From Fumia xinanensis (GTDB lineage: Bacteria > Bacillota > Clostridia > Oscillospirales > Ruminococcaceae): a DNA stretch of 64,000 nt. Location: assembly GCF_014384905.1 (NCBI RefSeq), contig NZ_JACRSV010000002.1, positions 585,882 to 649,881 of the forward strand, written 5' to 3'. Of this stretch, positions 47,451 to 57,743 are shown one piece after another (position 1 is the stretch's first letter; every line of letters starts with the position of its first letter). The notes below the pieces were generated by a model, which saw only the letters and a list, made by a program, of their open reading frames with translations, was not told the DNA's origin and searched no databases. The position numbers were made by a program, and so were the translations under genes.

Positions 47451-47965
47451 CTTGTTTGGGAGATAGCAAAGCCAGTCGAGCCAGTCAACGGTCAAGATGA
47501 ACGGCGCATTTCATGCGCCGCCGTTGACAGCCCCGCCCGTCTTTGCTAATGGGCAATCAAGGCGGGAAAGCCCTAAAACGGCTTCCCGCCCATTTCAATT
47601 TTGAAAAGAAAATCCGTCTGCTTTTTAGTTAGTGTGTCCACAGGTTCGGGACATTTTGTCCCGAAGTCCGGCGTGGGACGAGGGACGGGGGCTTTCATAT
47701 ACGCCCTGTCTGCTGGCGAAACCAGTCCTGCGCTTGCGGCTCCACGCCACGCAATCACAGCCCTGTTTTCCTGCCGCTTCAAACGCCCTTGCCCTCCCCG
47801 GCGGCAACGGTATTTTCACGGCAACGCCGACAGAGCGTATAACACACTACACTTTGCAAGCAAAGTCGTGTGCCAAGGGGCAAGCCCCTTTGGAAACCCC
47901 AGACAACAAAACAGGCTGAATATCTCGCACTTTCCCGGTGCTTGATATTCAGCCTTTATTTGTTG

Positions 47966-48427
<462 letters not shown>

Positions 48428-48625
48428 TTAGTTTTCTCTTGCCATGTGGTCGAGCAACTTACCGGAAAGACTTCGTGTGCCATCGTAGCTACCGCCAAAT
48501 CGGTAAGTAGTCTGACCGGAACGAATGGTTACGGTGATCTTTGGCAGCTCTGCCGCACAGTAGTTGTGAACGATGATACTGCCGTTTTCATTGACTGTGT
48601 AATTCTTGTTTTTCTGTTCATTCAT
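48428..48625 (-). CDS. Small hypothetical protein
   Basis: A 65-aa ORF between the recombinase and relaxase genes. Confidence 0.3.
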   Translation of the reverse strand: MNEQKNKNYTVNENGSIIVHNYCAAELPKITVTIRSGQTTYRFGGSYDGTRSLSGKLLDHMAREN

Positions 48626-48685
48626 ATAATTGTCCTTTCTTGATTTTTGGAATGGATGGGAATGGAAACGAATCGAAGGGAAGGA

Positions 48686-50275
48686 TTAACGCTCCAGTTC
48701 CTGTTTGCGTTCGATTTTTCTGCCAAGGGTCTGCTCGATATTGTGGCGAATGGTATCAAGCCGCTGTGCTTCGTCTTTGGCGGTCTGATACTGGTTGTAA
48801 AGCTTGTTTTTCTCTTTGATGAGCTGTTCCACTTCCGTCTGCAATGCCTTGTAGCTCGGCAGCTTCTTGAGTCCCTTGGAATCAAAATATCGTTTGGCGG
48901 CGTTCAGAATGATGAAGTCGCTGTCATGCTCGTCACGATATTTCTGACGGGCTTTTTCTTTCTTACAGGCTTTCAGCTCGTCAACCACATATCGTGTTTT
49001 GTGATAGTTCAGCACATAGTCACGGAACTCTTTCTTTTCTGCAATTGTAGCTTCCACTGATTTCATTTCTGTGCGAATATCACTCAGCTTTTCGTGGGCG
49101 GCATCACAGGCGGCAGCCAATGCTTCGGGAGAATCAAATCCCATTTCCTGATACAGCAGATAGGCACGGCTGGCATTTTTGAGATTGTGTTTCTTTGCCC
49201 AATGCTCGTAACCTTTGCCTTTTTCCTTTGCGGCATCAATATCCACCATGCGGCTAACAGTATCACGCTCGTTGATGGTTTTCTGCATAGCGGGTGCAGA
49301 AGGGATGGGGTCGGTTTTTGCCCTCACTCGTTTTGTGTTTCTGACAATAACAGCGAACACAGCCGATCTATCAAAATCGTCACCCAGCTTTCGTGCTGTG
49401 ATGGGCTTGGTGCGGTCGGGTGTGAGATAGGACAAGCGCCCACGGCTCTCTTTGACGGTAATGCCACGGCGGAGAAGTTTTTCTGCGAAGCCCTCAAAGC
49501 TGACAGTATCAGAAAGTGCCATGCGGATTTCTTCACGGAGCTTGTCTTTGTCTGTTTCAAATTTGGTCTGCTTGACGGGTAAGCCCTGTTCGGCAAGAAC
49601 AGCGTTTTCTTCATCCAGCGCAAGCTGTCCTTTCTTCTTCGCCCAATACTCACGCTCGGTCACACGGGTCTTACTGCCGTTCAGCAGATCAATCTGATAC
49701 AGACCCGCATCGTGACACATTTCCATAACCTCGGAGCGAAAATATTCCATAGCTGCGTTGGTGCATCGGTGCTTCATGCCCGGTTGTGTATCGCACGGTC
49801 TGTCCATATATGGCATGAATGGAACTTCTTCAATTCGCAGAGAATTGATCACGATGTGTACATGAACATTGCCGCTGCCGTTGTGTCCGTCGGGGTGAGT
49901 GCAAACAATGGCTTGATGACCCGGAAAGTGTTCCTTGCAGAATTTCTCTCCAAGACTCTGCGCCAGATCTACGGTCAATCCGTGGTCGGGAACATCTTTA
50001 GGGTCAAAAGAAATGATATAGTGATGACTTTTGACATCTTCCCGTTTTTGATTTTTGCCATATCGGAGGTTGGCTCTCAGACAAGCAATCGCAAAATCTT
50101 CGTTACCGCAGTTCAAGGTGGAAATGCGATAATTCTGTCTTGGGATGAGCCTGCCGTTTTCATCCAGGGTGGGCTTCATAGTGAACTCATCATGCTCAAA
50201 AGTGAGGTAAGCTTCAGCGGCAGAGTAGTCGGCATTCTTAGAGCTTATATGCTTGAACGTTGCCAACAGCATCAC
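48686..50275 (-). CDS. MobA/MobL-type relaxase (relaxase/mobilization nuclease domain)
   Basis: HHYIISFDP and HPDGHNGSGNVHVHIVINS (HxDxxxxNxHxHxxxN metal motif); 529 aa with a C-terminal coiled-coil region. Confidence 0.7.
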   Translation of the reverse strand: MMLLATFKHISSKNADYSAAEAYLTFEHDEFTMKPTLDENGRLIPRQNYRISTLNCGNEDFAIACLRANLRYGKNQKREDVKSHHYIISFDPKDVPDHGLTVDLAQSLGEKFCKEHFPGHQAIVCTHPDGHNGSGNVHVHIVINSLRIEEVPFMPYMDRPCDTQPGMKHRCTNAAMEYFRSEVMEMCHDAGLYQIDLLNGSKTRVTEREYWAKKKGQLALDEENAVLAEQGLPVKQTKFETDKDKLREEIRMALSDTVSFEGFAEKLLRRGITVKESRGRLSYLTPDRTKPITARKLGDDFDRSAVFAVIVRNTKRVRAKTDPIPSAPAMQKTINERDTVSRMVDIDAAKEKGKGYEHWAKKHNLKNASRAYLLYQEMGFDSPEALAAACDAAHEKLSDIRTEMKSVEATIAEKKEFRDYVLNYHKTRYVVDELKACKKEKARQKYRDEHDSDFIILNAAKRYFDSKGLKKLPSYKALQTEVEQLIKEKNKLYNQYQTAKDEAQRLDTIRHNIEQTLGRKIERKQELER

Positions 50276-50636
50276 CTACCTTTTTCATCACTTCAAATTT
50301 CAGAGTGGCGAGATCAGAGGCGGCATCTTGCAATTCTTTTGCCATGGACGGATAGGGACTTCGCCATTCGTTGAGGTGTCTGGCAATCTGATTTAGATTG
50401 TTACCGATCCTTCCATATTCAGCGGTTAGCTTGCCGATGGCTGCGAGCAGATCGTCGCTGACCAATGTTGCCACAATGGTTGGACGGATGGTTACACCGG
50501 AGATTGCTTCACGGATAAACTCCGATTGATTCATGTCGTAAATCTCCAAGCGGCGAAGAAAATCTGCGTGTTCTTCATCGTCCAGACGGGTTTTTACGAT
50601 GTGGGTTCGTTTCGGTGTGTTGTAGGTTTTGGCCAT
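50238..50636 (-). CDS. MobC-like relaxosome accessory protein
   Basis: The GRIGNNLNQIARHLN motif characteristic of MobC. The stop overlaps the relaxase start, indicating an operon. Confidence 0.6.
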   Translation of the reverse strand: MAKTYNTPKRTHIVKTRLDDEEHADFLRRLEIYDMNQSEFIREAISGVTIRPTIVATLVSDDLLAAIGKLTAEYGRIGNNLNQIARHLNEWRSPYPSMAKELQDAASDLATLKFEVMKKVGDAVGNVQAYKL

Positions 50637-51221
50637 TCGGTTCCTCCTTCATTTGTGAAAATGGTGGACGGCGGATGCCGTCGCTTCTGCGAAAGCAGAA
50701 CAGATGCAGGGTTTGGGGAAGGCACTCCCCAACAAGATTCCATGAGGGGCAAAATGAGCGATAGGCGAAATTTGGACCCATGGTAGAATCTTGCTCTACG
50801 CTACCCAGCCTTTTCGTTTTCGACGATTTTTCAAGTTCACGCATTTGGTGCTGAACGATGTTTTGGAAAAATGGTAAAACAAAAAGAGCCGATTACACAA
50901 AACATCAGAAATCAGCGGGAGCATGGCTCTCGCTTCAAAGTGATGTTCTATGTAATCGGCTCTGAAAAATCAAAGTCGGGTTCTGCTTTGTACAACTCCC
51001 GCCAACAGAACCAAAGGCGTGGTGGAGCAGTTCGGTACTTCCAGTGCACCGATACCGTGTCGGACAATTCCGACTCTCATAAAATATGTTTGAACATTCT
51101 TATATTCAGTTGTCCGCAACGTTCGACCCGTTACACTAATATTATACAAATGCGGGCTATTTCTGTCAACATTGCAAATGCAAAATATGTAAGAACAATG
51201 CTCTTTTACTCATATAACCTA
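50637..51221. promoter_or_regulatory. Candidate oriT / promoter region upstream of mobC (585-bp non-coding with inverted repeats)
   Basis: The IR agagccgattac (about 50888) / gtaatcggctct (about 50962) and other dyad elements are present. The position adjacent to mobC is typical for an oriT. Confidence 0.4.
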
Positions 51222-52109
51222 TTAGAACAGAACACTCATTACAAAATAAACTCGCCCTTGTTCATCATCCAAAATTTCATCTACAGCAATCATCTCTAAG
51301 CATTGCATCATATACACCACAGACCATATTTCATCAAACTGAGAAGATAGCTCCATGTGTTGTTGAATCAAATCTTTTGTAATGGTATATGGTGAAAAGT
51401 CAGGAGCACCATATAGATAGTCACCGTTAAGTAATGCTGCTATTTTCTTTGCTAACTTTGAATTTCTTACAGCAGTTTCATAAGAAAAAATCTGTAATGG
51501 TTCACGATTGAATCCATAAATGCTATCGGCTCCAACGGGATCTCCCCAATAAGGAAGTATATATAATTCATAATCATCTTTGTCAATGGGACACCATGAC
51601 TCCATAATTTTATAAAAGCGAATCATGAAATTATGAAGCACACAAAAATCTTCTTCGGACAAAAAGCTGCCTTGACGAATCAAAAAGTGGGTTTCATTAT
51701 TTCTCAGCTTTTGCAACAGCTCAAGTTCTGTTTTTAACGATTCTCCTTGCTCAAGGCTTCTGCCAAATAACTTCTTATGTAATGAAATTAGTTCGTTAAA
51801 TTGAATTGTGTTAAATTTTGAAAGATCTTCATTTGACAGCGTATCAAAAAAACTATTTAAATCCGTTGCCTTGAAATAATCGAATAAGAGTTTTGCATCA
51901 GCTTCATTTTTTGCCTTTCTTACTTCTGCAACCCTGTGATCGTTATTATTCAACAGCATTTGCTTCATAATAAGTTCAACGGCATTATGAAGTGACAATA
52001 CAAAATTTTTCTGATACTGGAGTGTTGCTTTTCCATCTTTTATATCATCACAAAAGCGTATGGCAGCCGCCCAAGCTTCAAAGGCATTTTCCATCAATAC
52101 TGGTTTCAT
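51222..52109 (-). CDS. Hypothetical protein with a HEPN-like RNxxxH motif (possible defense-associated RNase-like protein)
   Basis: A 295-aa, AT-rich ORF. It contains LQKLRNNETHF (Rx4H) within a helical region and lies immediately downstream of the Shedu-like gene. Confidence 0.3.
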   Translation of the reverse strand: MKPVLMENAFEAWAAAIRFCDDIKDGKATLQYQKNFVLSLHNAVELIMKQMLLNNNDHRVAEVRKAKNEADAKLLFDYFKATDLNSFFDTLSNEDLSKFNTIQFNELISLHKKLFGRSLEQGESLKTELELLQKLRNNETHFLIRQGSFLSEEDFCVLHNFMIRFYKIMESWCPIDKDDYELYILPYWGDPVGADSIYGFNREPLQIFSYETAVRNSKLAKKIAALLNGDYLYGAPDFSPYTITKDLIQQHMELSSQFDEIWSVVYMMQCLEMIAVDEILDDEQGRVYFVMSVLF

Positions 52110-52206
52110 ATCTTGCTCCTTGTTCTTTTATCTTCAAAAGACAGGTGCCCATGTCAACAAGAAGCACGTTCATCCTAAACGTTGACATGATCGGTTCACT
52201 TGTTAT

Positions 52207-53010
52207 TTAAAATGATTGAGCTGTTTCTAACTCGCAGGCTTTATCGTACAGATTATCATAATGCAAAGTCAGAATGTTTTGCTGGGTTGCTTTGTTTCGA
52301 CGATCACGATAAGTAGCTTCGTTGTAATCCTCACGCAAGCCTGCGACCACAGCATAGTGAAAACGGCTTGAATCATATTCTGAAAATTCCTTCGGAAGCG
52401 AGGATTTGTTGCTGTACTTGGTGATCGTCACAAACGATGCAGAAAAGTGTGCTTCGATTTCTGCTTTCCAATCATAAATTTGATAAGTACCTTTTCTAAA
52501 GGCTTCTCCCTCGTGTCCAGATTTCAAGGTTGTCCTTCCATTAGGGTGTTCAAGCTCGACAAATACAAACTCATAGCCGCCAGAGCTTTTTCCTATCAAC
52601 AAATAATCAGCAATGTACTTACCTAAAGCAAATTCCGGGAAGACATATGCATCGTGGTGGCCAAAATTATAATACTTAAATACACCAGCAATAATATGAT
52701 AAGCAGGTCTGTGATTAATGAAGCGAAGAACGTCTCTTTCGTTTGTGTTTGCATCATGAATCAAGGCACAAAACTCTTCATTTAGTTGTTCCATATTACC
52801 TTCGTTCTGGAAATCAAACAACTCAATATGATTGTTAGGGAAAAAACTATCATAGTGCCGAACTGCTGCTGGATACAATCGCCTATGATTTATCTTCCCA
52901 AATCTTCTGTCTCCGGCAGCTTCTCTTTCAGTACACAAAATATCCTCATACAGTTGCATCTCCTGTTTGGTAGGAACGCTCTTTATATAGTCTCGTTTAT
53001 ATAAATTCAT
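52207..53010 (-). CDS. DUF4263/Shedu-like (SduA-like) anti-phage nuclease-fold protein
   Basis: ERDVLRFINHRPAYHIIAGVF...HHDAYVFPEFALGKYIADYLLIGKSSGGYEFVFVELEHPNG...YQIYDWKAE matches the recalled DUF4263 pattern (YxFPEFxLG...ADYLL...VELK-like), although ELE replaces ELK. Confidence 0.5.
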   Translation of the reverse strand: MNLYKRDYIKSVPTKQEMQLYEDILCTEREAAGDRRFGKINHRRLYPAAVRHYDSFFPNNHIELFDFQNEGNMEQLNEEFCALIHDANTNERDVLRFINHRPAYHIIAGVFKYYNFGHHDAYVFPEFALGKYIADYLLIGKSSGGYEFVFVELEHPNGRTTLKSGHEGEAFRKGTYQIYDWKAEIEAHFSASFVTITKYSNKSSLPKEFSEYDSSRFHYAVVAGLREDYNEATYRDRRNKATQQNILTLHYDNLYDKACELETAQSF

Positions 53011-53049
53011 AATACTTCCTCATGTTGTAAGAATATGCTGCAATGCTAT

Positions 53050-53262
53050 TCATTGTTCGATTTCTGTAGTGAATTCCAAAATGTCATCGACTCCACAATC
53101 AAGAGTTTTGCAGATCTTCTCGATAGTGTCGAGAGAAATATAATTGTCACGCTTGATGCGTGTAATGATATTAGCACTAAAGCCCGCTTTTTCCATCAGC
53201 TCGGCATTAGTCATACCCTTGTCGATCAGTAAGTGAAATAACTTTTTGTAGGTTACAGCCAT
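53050..53262 (-). CDS. Small XRE/Cro-type HTH regulator preceding the Shedu-like gene (paralog of 59570..59785)
   Basis: MAVTYKKLFHLLIDKGMTNAELMEKAGF...KICKTLDCGVDDILEF; the family signature is shared with the HTH gene upstream of hsdM. Confidence 0.6.
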   Translation of the reverse strand: MAVTYKKLFHLLIDKGMTNAELMEKAGFSANIITRIKRDNYISLDTIEKICKTLDCGVDDILEFTTEIEQ

Positions 53263-53432
53263 GGTAATTCACCTCCTAATATTAACGGTAATTATATCAC
53301 GAAAGCGTGAATAATTCAATTAGTATGATTGACATCGCACGATAATAAAACACTTCTGCCCAAGTTGGTCAGAAGTTGAACAGCTTACCACTTTGCTGAA
53401 CGCAAAGTGGTAAGCTGTTTCATTATCACGTA

Positions 53433-56384
53433 TTATAAACTTGTCTGATTATGGTTTGCTTGATATGTCGAATTAAAAGCACTATCAAACAACCACTTTC
53501 TAAAGGACGGGTTGTTCTGAACTTCTCTAAACAATTCCAGTCCGCTTTGCATACTGTTCATGACCGCTTCATGGGCAGCACGATCACTTTCATCACGGGC
53601 ATTCTGCTTGTCAGAGAATTGCATTGCATTATTGTACTTCTCATCCCTGCGGACACTTTCGATAATATCGTTGATCTGCTTCTTGATTTTGTCTTCATCT
53701 GTCCACTCGATATTGCCGAAGATATCATGGAATTCCTTCAAGATATTTGTGAGCGTATCCAATTCTGGAACATCAATCCCCACACTGGTGCTTACCGGAA
53801 TAGGATCGATTTTGCCGTTTTCGTTCTCGAGCTGAATTCTCATAGTCTGCTGCGCTTCAGCACGGTAACTTTCCAGATCCACATCTTCAAGCAAGCCCTC
53901 GGTGTAATCCTCACCATCCGGTTTAGGCAGCTTGGGCACCAAAAGATTTAGGAAGATGGAGAGCTTTTCCCACTGAACACTGCCATATGGCAAAATCGCA
54001 GAAAGAAAATTATAGGTTCGCACGAAAGTCTTTGCACAACTCTTAAATTCAATCTGATCTTCAATAATCAAACCTTTATAGACTTCGACACAGTGATCCA
54101 GAATGGGGTCAAGGTGCTCACGAGGTCCATTTGCCAAATAACGCTCCACAAAGGTATCAATGTCAGCATCGCTGTAAACCTGAATAGATTCCATAGTATC
54201 AATCAAATCATTCAGCTTATTCACATCGGTCTCACCAGAAAGAATTGTGGTTTTATAATACCTATCAAAGGCTTCTTTGATGACCCCAGGCTCGTTTACA
54301 AAGTCCAGAATAAATGTGTCTTTCTTGTCAGGGTGGCTTCTATTTAGACGGGACAGTGTTTGAACTGCCTTAATATCGGCCAAGCCTTTGTCTACATACA
54401 TAGTGTGCAGCAGCGGTTCATCAAAACCTGTCTGGAATTTGTTTGCGACAATAAGAATGCGATAGGGATCACCCTTAAAGGTTTTTTCGATTTTAGCACT
54501 CGGAAATCCGTTCAAATCCGCTTCTGTAACTTGTCTGCCCTCATACTCGACAGAACCGGAAAAAGCTACAATCGCTTTAAAGGGACTCTTGCGTTCTTCC
54601 AATAGCTTAGAAATCGCTTTGTAATATTCGATGGCACGTTTAATGGAACTGGTGATAACCATGGCTCTGGCCTTACCGCCGACTTTTCCTTTGGCAATCA
54701 CTTCTGTATGGAAATGCTCAACCATAATGTTAGCCTTTTCGTGGATAGCGTACTGATTGGATTCCACATAGTAACGAAGCAATCGCTGTGCTCGTTTCTT
54801 GTCAAACTGCGGATCGTCCTCAATAGTTTTCGCCAATTTATAATAACTTTGCACTGGCGTAAAATAACGCAGTACATCCATGATAAAGCCTTCTTCGATA
54901 GCCTGCTTCATGGTATAAACATAGTGCGGTTCCGGCTTTGTTGTTCCATCGGGCAACCGCTTTTTCTTACCGAACATTTCCAACGTCTTATTCTTCGGTG
55001 TTGCGGTAAACGCAAAATAGCTTGCGTTCTTTACCATCTTGCGCCCCTCGATGATTGTATTGATCTTGTCTTCAAGATCATCTTCATCCTCATAGACGCT
55101 ACCAGAAAGCACCATGTTCATCTTTGCAGACAGACTGCCGTTCTGGCTGGAATGGGCTTCGTCAATCAGAATGGCAAAGTTTTTATCCTTATGTACCTCG
55201 CCAATATCATCCAAAATGAACTGGAACTTATGGACGATGGTAATAATGATTTTCTTACCTTCGTTCAGGAGCTGCTTCAGCTCACCGGCACTTTTCGCCC
55301 AACCAACTGTTGCAGATACCTGCATAAACTGTTTGATGGTGTCTTTGATCTGCTTGTCCAAATTGATACGGTCAGTCACAACGATAACCGTGTCAAAAAT
55401 CTCTTTGCCGCTGTCATTTTTCAGTGTGACGAGCTGATGTGCCAGCCATGCGATGGAATTAGACTTACCGGAACCTGCGCTGTGCTGAATCAGATAGCGT
55501 CCGCCCACACCGTCACGCTTTGCATCACTAAGCAGGGATTCCACCACAGAAAGCTGATGATAACGAGGGAACACCTGCTTATATTTTGTAACCCCGGTGT
55601 CTTCGTCTTTCTCAGAAATCACCTGAGCATAGTTTTCAATGATATTGGATAGTTCATCCTTGGTCAGAATCTCTTTCCAAAGATAATCCGTTTTGATTCC
55701 ATTGGGATTCGGAGGATTGCCAGCACCATCATTGAATCCCTTGTTAAACGGCAGGAACCAGGATTTCTTGCCCTTCAGTTCCGTACACATTCTTACTTCG
55801 TTATCATCAACGGCAAAGTGAACGATGCATCGTTTGAAGCTGAACAAAACCTCATCCGGAGTGCGATCATTCTTGTACTGTTCAACTGCATCGGAAACGT
55901 TTTGCTTGGTAAGCTGGTTTTTCAGCTCCATGGTGATTACTGGCAGACCGTTGATGAAGATACAGACATCCAGTGCCAAACGAGGGTTGAAGCTGGAATA
56001 CTGTAGCTGTCTGGTCACGCTGAAAATATTCTTTTCATATAATTCTGCGGCTTCTGGATTGTGAACAGAGGGGCGCACATAGAACAGATCCAAGCGCAGA
56101 TGCTTGTAGCGCATACCTTTGCGGAGCAGCTCTATGACACCATCGCTTTTCAGCTTCTTGTCCAACTGCTTGAAGAAACGATCTTTTTCCAGATCACTGT
56201 CCAGAATGTGCAGCTCATCCATTGCTTTCTTCTGAGTAGACAGCAGAAAACGGAAGAGTCTGTCCTCATCGATGGCATATTGCTTGTTGTACTCAGTTGT
56301 GACACCTTGTTCATAGCCATTGCTATTTACCAAAGTATCCACAATCAAGGTTTCAAAACCATTTTCCTTTGTATTACTCGGCAT
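53433..56384 (-). CDS. hsdR: Type I restriction enzyme R subunit (HsdR)
   Basis: HsdR N-terminal block (ELKNQLTKQNVSDAVEQYKND), a DEAD-box helicase motif (ILIDEAHSSQNG), and a length of about 980 aa. The start is placed at MPSNTK, which has a GGAGG RBS; a longer ORF-track start at 56420 would overlap hsdS. Confidence 0.8.
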   Translation of the reverse strand: MPSNTKENGFETLIVDTLVNSNGYEQGVTTEYNKQYAIDEDRLFRFLLSTQKKAMDELHILDSDLEKDRFFKQLDKKLKSDGVIELLRKGMRYKHLRLDLFYVRPSVHNPEAAELYEKNIFSVTRQLQYSSFNPRLALDVCIFINGLPVITMELKNQLTKQNVSDAVEQYKNDRTPDEVLFSFKRCIVHFAVDDNEVRMCTELKGKKSWFLPFNKGFNDGAGNPPNPNGIKTDYLWKEILTKDELSNIIENYAQVISEKDEDTGVTKYKQVFPRYHQLSVVESLLSDAKRDGVGGRYLIQHSAGSGKSNSIAWLAHQLVTLKNDSGKEIFDTVIVVTDRINLDKQIKDTIKQFMQVSATVGWAKSAGELKQLLNEGKKIIITIVHKFQFILDDIGEVHKDKNFAILIDEAHSSQNGSLSAKMNMVLSGSVYEDEDDLEDKINTIIEGRKMVKNASYFAFTATPKNKTLEMFGKKKRLPDGTTKPEPHYVYTMKQAIEEGFIMDVLRYFTPVQSYYKLAKTIEDDPQFDKKRAQRLLRYYVESNQYAIHEKANIMVEHFHTEVIAKGKVGGKARAMVITSSIKRAIEYYKAISKLLEERKSPFKAIVAFSGSVEYEGRQVTEADLNGFPSAKIEKTFKGDPYRILIVANKFQTGFDEPLLHTMYVDKGLADIKAVQTLSRLNRSHPDKKDTFILDFVNEPGVIKEAFDRYYKTTILSGETDVNKLNDLIDTMESIQVYSDADIDTFVERYLANGPREHLDPILDHCVEVYKGLIIEDQIEFKSCAKTFVRTYNFLSAILPYGSVQWEKLSIFLNLLVPKLPKPDGEDYTEGLLEDVDLESYRAEAQQTMRIQLENENGKIDPIPVSTSVGIDVPELDTLTNILKEFHDIFGNIEWTDEDKIKKQINDIIESVRRDEKYNNAMQFSDKQNARDESDRAAHEAVMNSMQSGLELFREVQNNPSFRKWLFDSAFNSTYQANHNQTSL

Positions 56385-57741
56385 CCTCTGCCACCTCCTC
56401 CACATCTTCACCGGTATCATCGGTGTCGATTTCCGTATCTTCCTCTGGCGTGTATTCCGGGATAACTACATCACGAACATCAATCTGTCCCGTCACAACA
56501 TCAGAGATCAATCTGGTTCGGTATTCTCTAAGATACTCAATATGTTTTTCAACTTCTTTTTTGAGCAAGTCAATCTTTTCTGTCTCTTGCTCAATGTATT
56601 CAACAATTTCACGTTGTTCTTCAATCGGAGGAACAGGAATATCATAATTCTTAAAATTTATTGCAGGCATACGCCATCTTCCTTTATTGGCTGCACCACG
56701 TCCCAGTCCGTAGAAGATTTTACGCTTGTATCCCAACTGGAATACATATAAGAAGTATTTCAAATCGGTTCTTTCAACATCAATTGCAGAAAATACTCGA
56801 TAGTCTGGACTTGTAACCCCAAAAAAGTCAGAAAGCCCAATAAAACCGGTTAGCAAGTCCATGTGATTCATTGCATAATCGCCAGGATATACAAACTGGT
56901 ATTTCGAGTAATTGGCAGCCATTTGGCCTTCATTAGAGGCAATGTCTTTTACTTTTAAACCCTGCTGCGTAATAGATATTACATCGTAGCCTTCTTTACC
57001 AGCAATTCGCTTCTTAATTTCAAAATGCTGCTTAACTTTGTTGAATTGCCAATGTGCAGGAATTTCTTTAACCCAGTTTGCTTCAACAGCTTGCATTTCA
57101 ACATCAGCATGAATGCCACGTGTGACAGCCTGATTTATTACTGTTGTTTTTCTTTCGTCCAGTAAATTAATCTGCTTCTGATAACCATGAATCAAATGAT
57201 TGATTTTGGAAACTTGCCAATCAAGGTATCGGACAATCTGATCCTGCTCATCTCGTGGAGGAACAAGAACACTTGCACATTTCAACTCCTGCCAATATAG
57301 GTTTCTTTGAATGGAACCAACGCCTTTTGACCTAACCAAGTATTGATCTACCATAATGGCACTCCTGAATAGGTAATTTGCATATTCCGTAGTCAATTGA
57401 TCATTCATAGACAGAACAATATATGCAGGGCTTGTAATACCGGTATGTTTTGATACACCAACAGAACCTCTCCATGCTTGCTGATTATTTAATACAAAAT
57501 CACCCGGATCAACTCGCTGATATTTGGAAAGATCCTTACTTGTTGCGTTGGTTCTCTTTTCGGTTCTTTTTGAGAAAGGAACTACACCGGCATCCAAATA
57601 TACAGATAACAGTTCCAACTCGGTACAATTACATATCGATTTCTCCTTGGCTATAGAATACAATGGAAAAACTTCCCAATGCTTTGGAAATGTCATATTC
57701 CATAGTGGCTGTACAGCCTTGTACGCTTCGTATCTTTTCAT
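56374..57741 (-). CDS. hsdS: Type I restriction-modification specificity subunit (HsdS) with two target-recognition domains
   Basis: Two repeated TRD halves separated by conserved helical spacers; the position between hsdM and hsdR is typical. Confidence 0.7.
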   Translation of the reverse strand: MKRYEAYKAVQPLWNMTFPKHWEVFPLYSIAKEKSICNCTELELLSVYLDAGVVPFSKRTEKRTNATSKDLSKYQRVDPGDFVLNNQQAWRGSVGVSKHTGITSPAYIVLSMNDQLTTEYANYLFRSAIMVDQYLVRSKGVGSIQRNLYWQELKCASVLVPPRDEQDQIVRYLDWQVSKINHLIHGYQKQINLLDERKTTVINQAVTRGIHADVEMQAVEANWVKEIPAHWQFNKVKQHFEIKKRIAGKEGYDVISITQQGLKVKDIASNEGQMAANYSKYQFVYPGDYAMNHMDLLTGFIGLSDFFGVTSPDYRVFSAIDVERTDLKYFLYVFQLGYKRKIFYGLGRGAANKGRWRMPAINFKNYDIPVPPIEEQREIVEYIEQETEKIDLLKKEVEKHIEYLREYRTRLISDVVTGQIDVRDVVIPEYTPEEDTEIDTDDTGEDVEEVAEDAE

Positions 57742-57743
57742 AA

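Noticed and set aside
47573-47945. Small ORFs in the 3' non-coding tail of the nested element
   Set aside because: They overlap on both strands, lack RBSs and lie in hairpin/palindrome-rich DNA that more likely serves recombination or termination.
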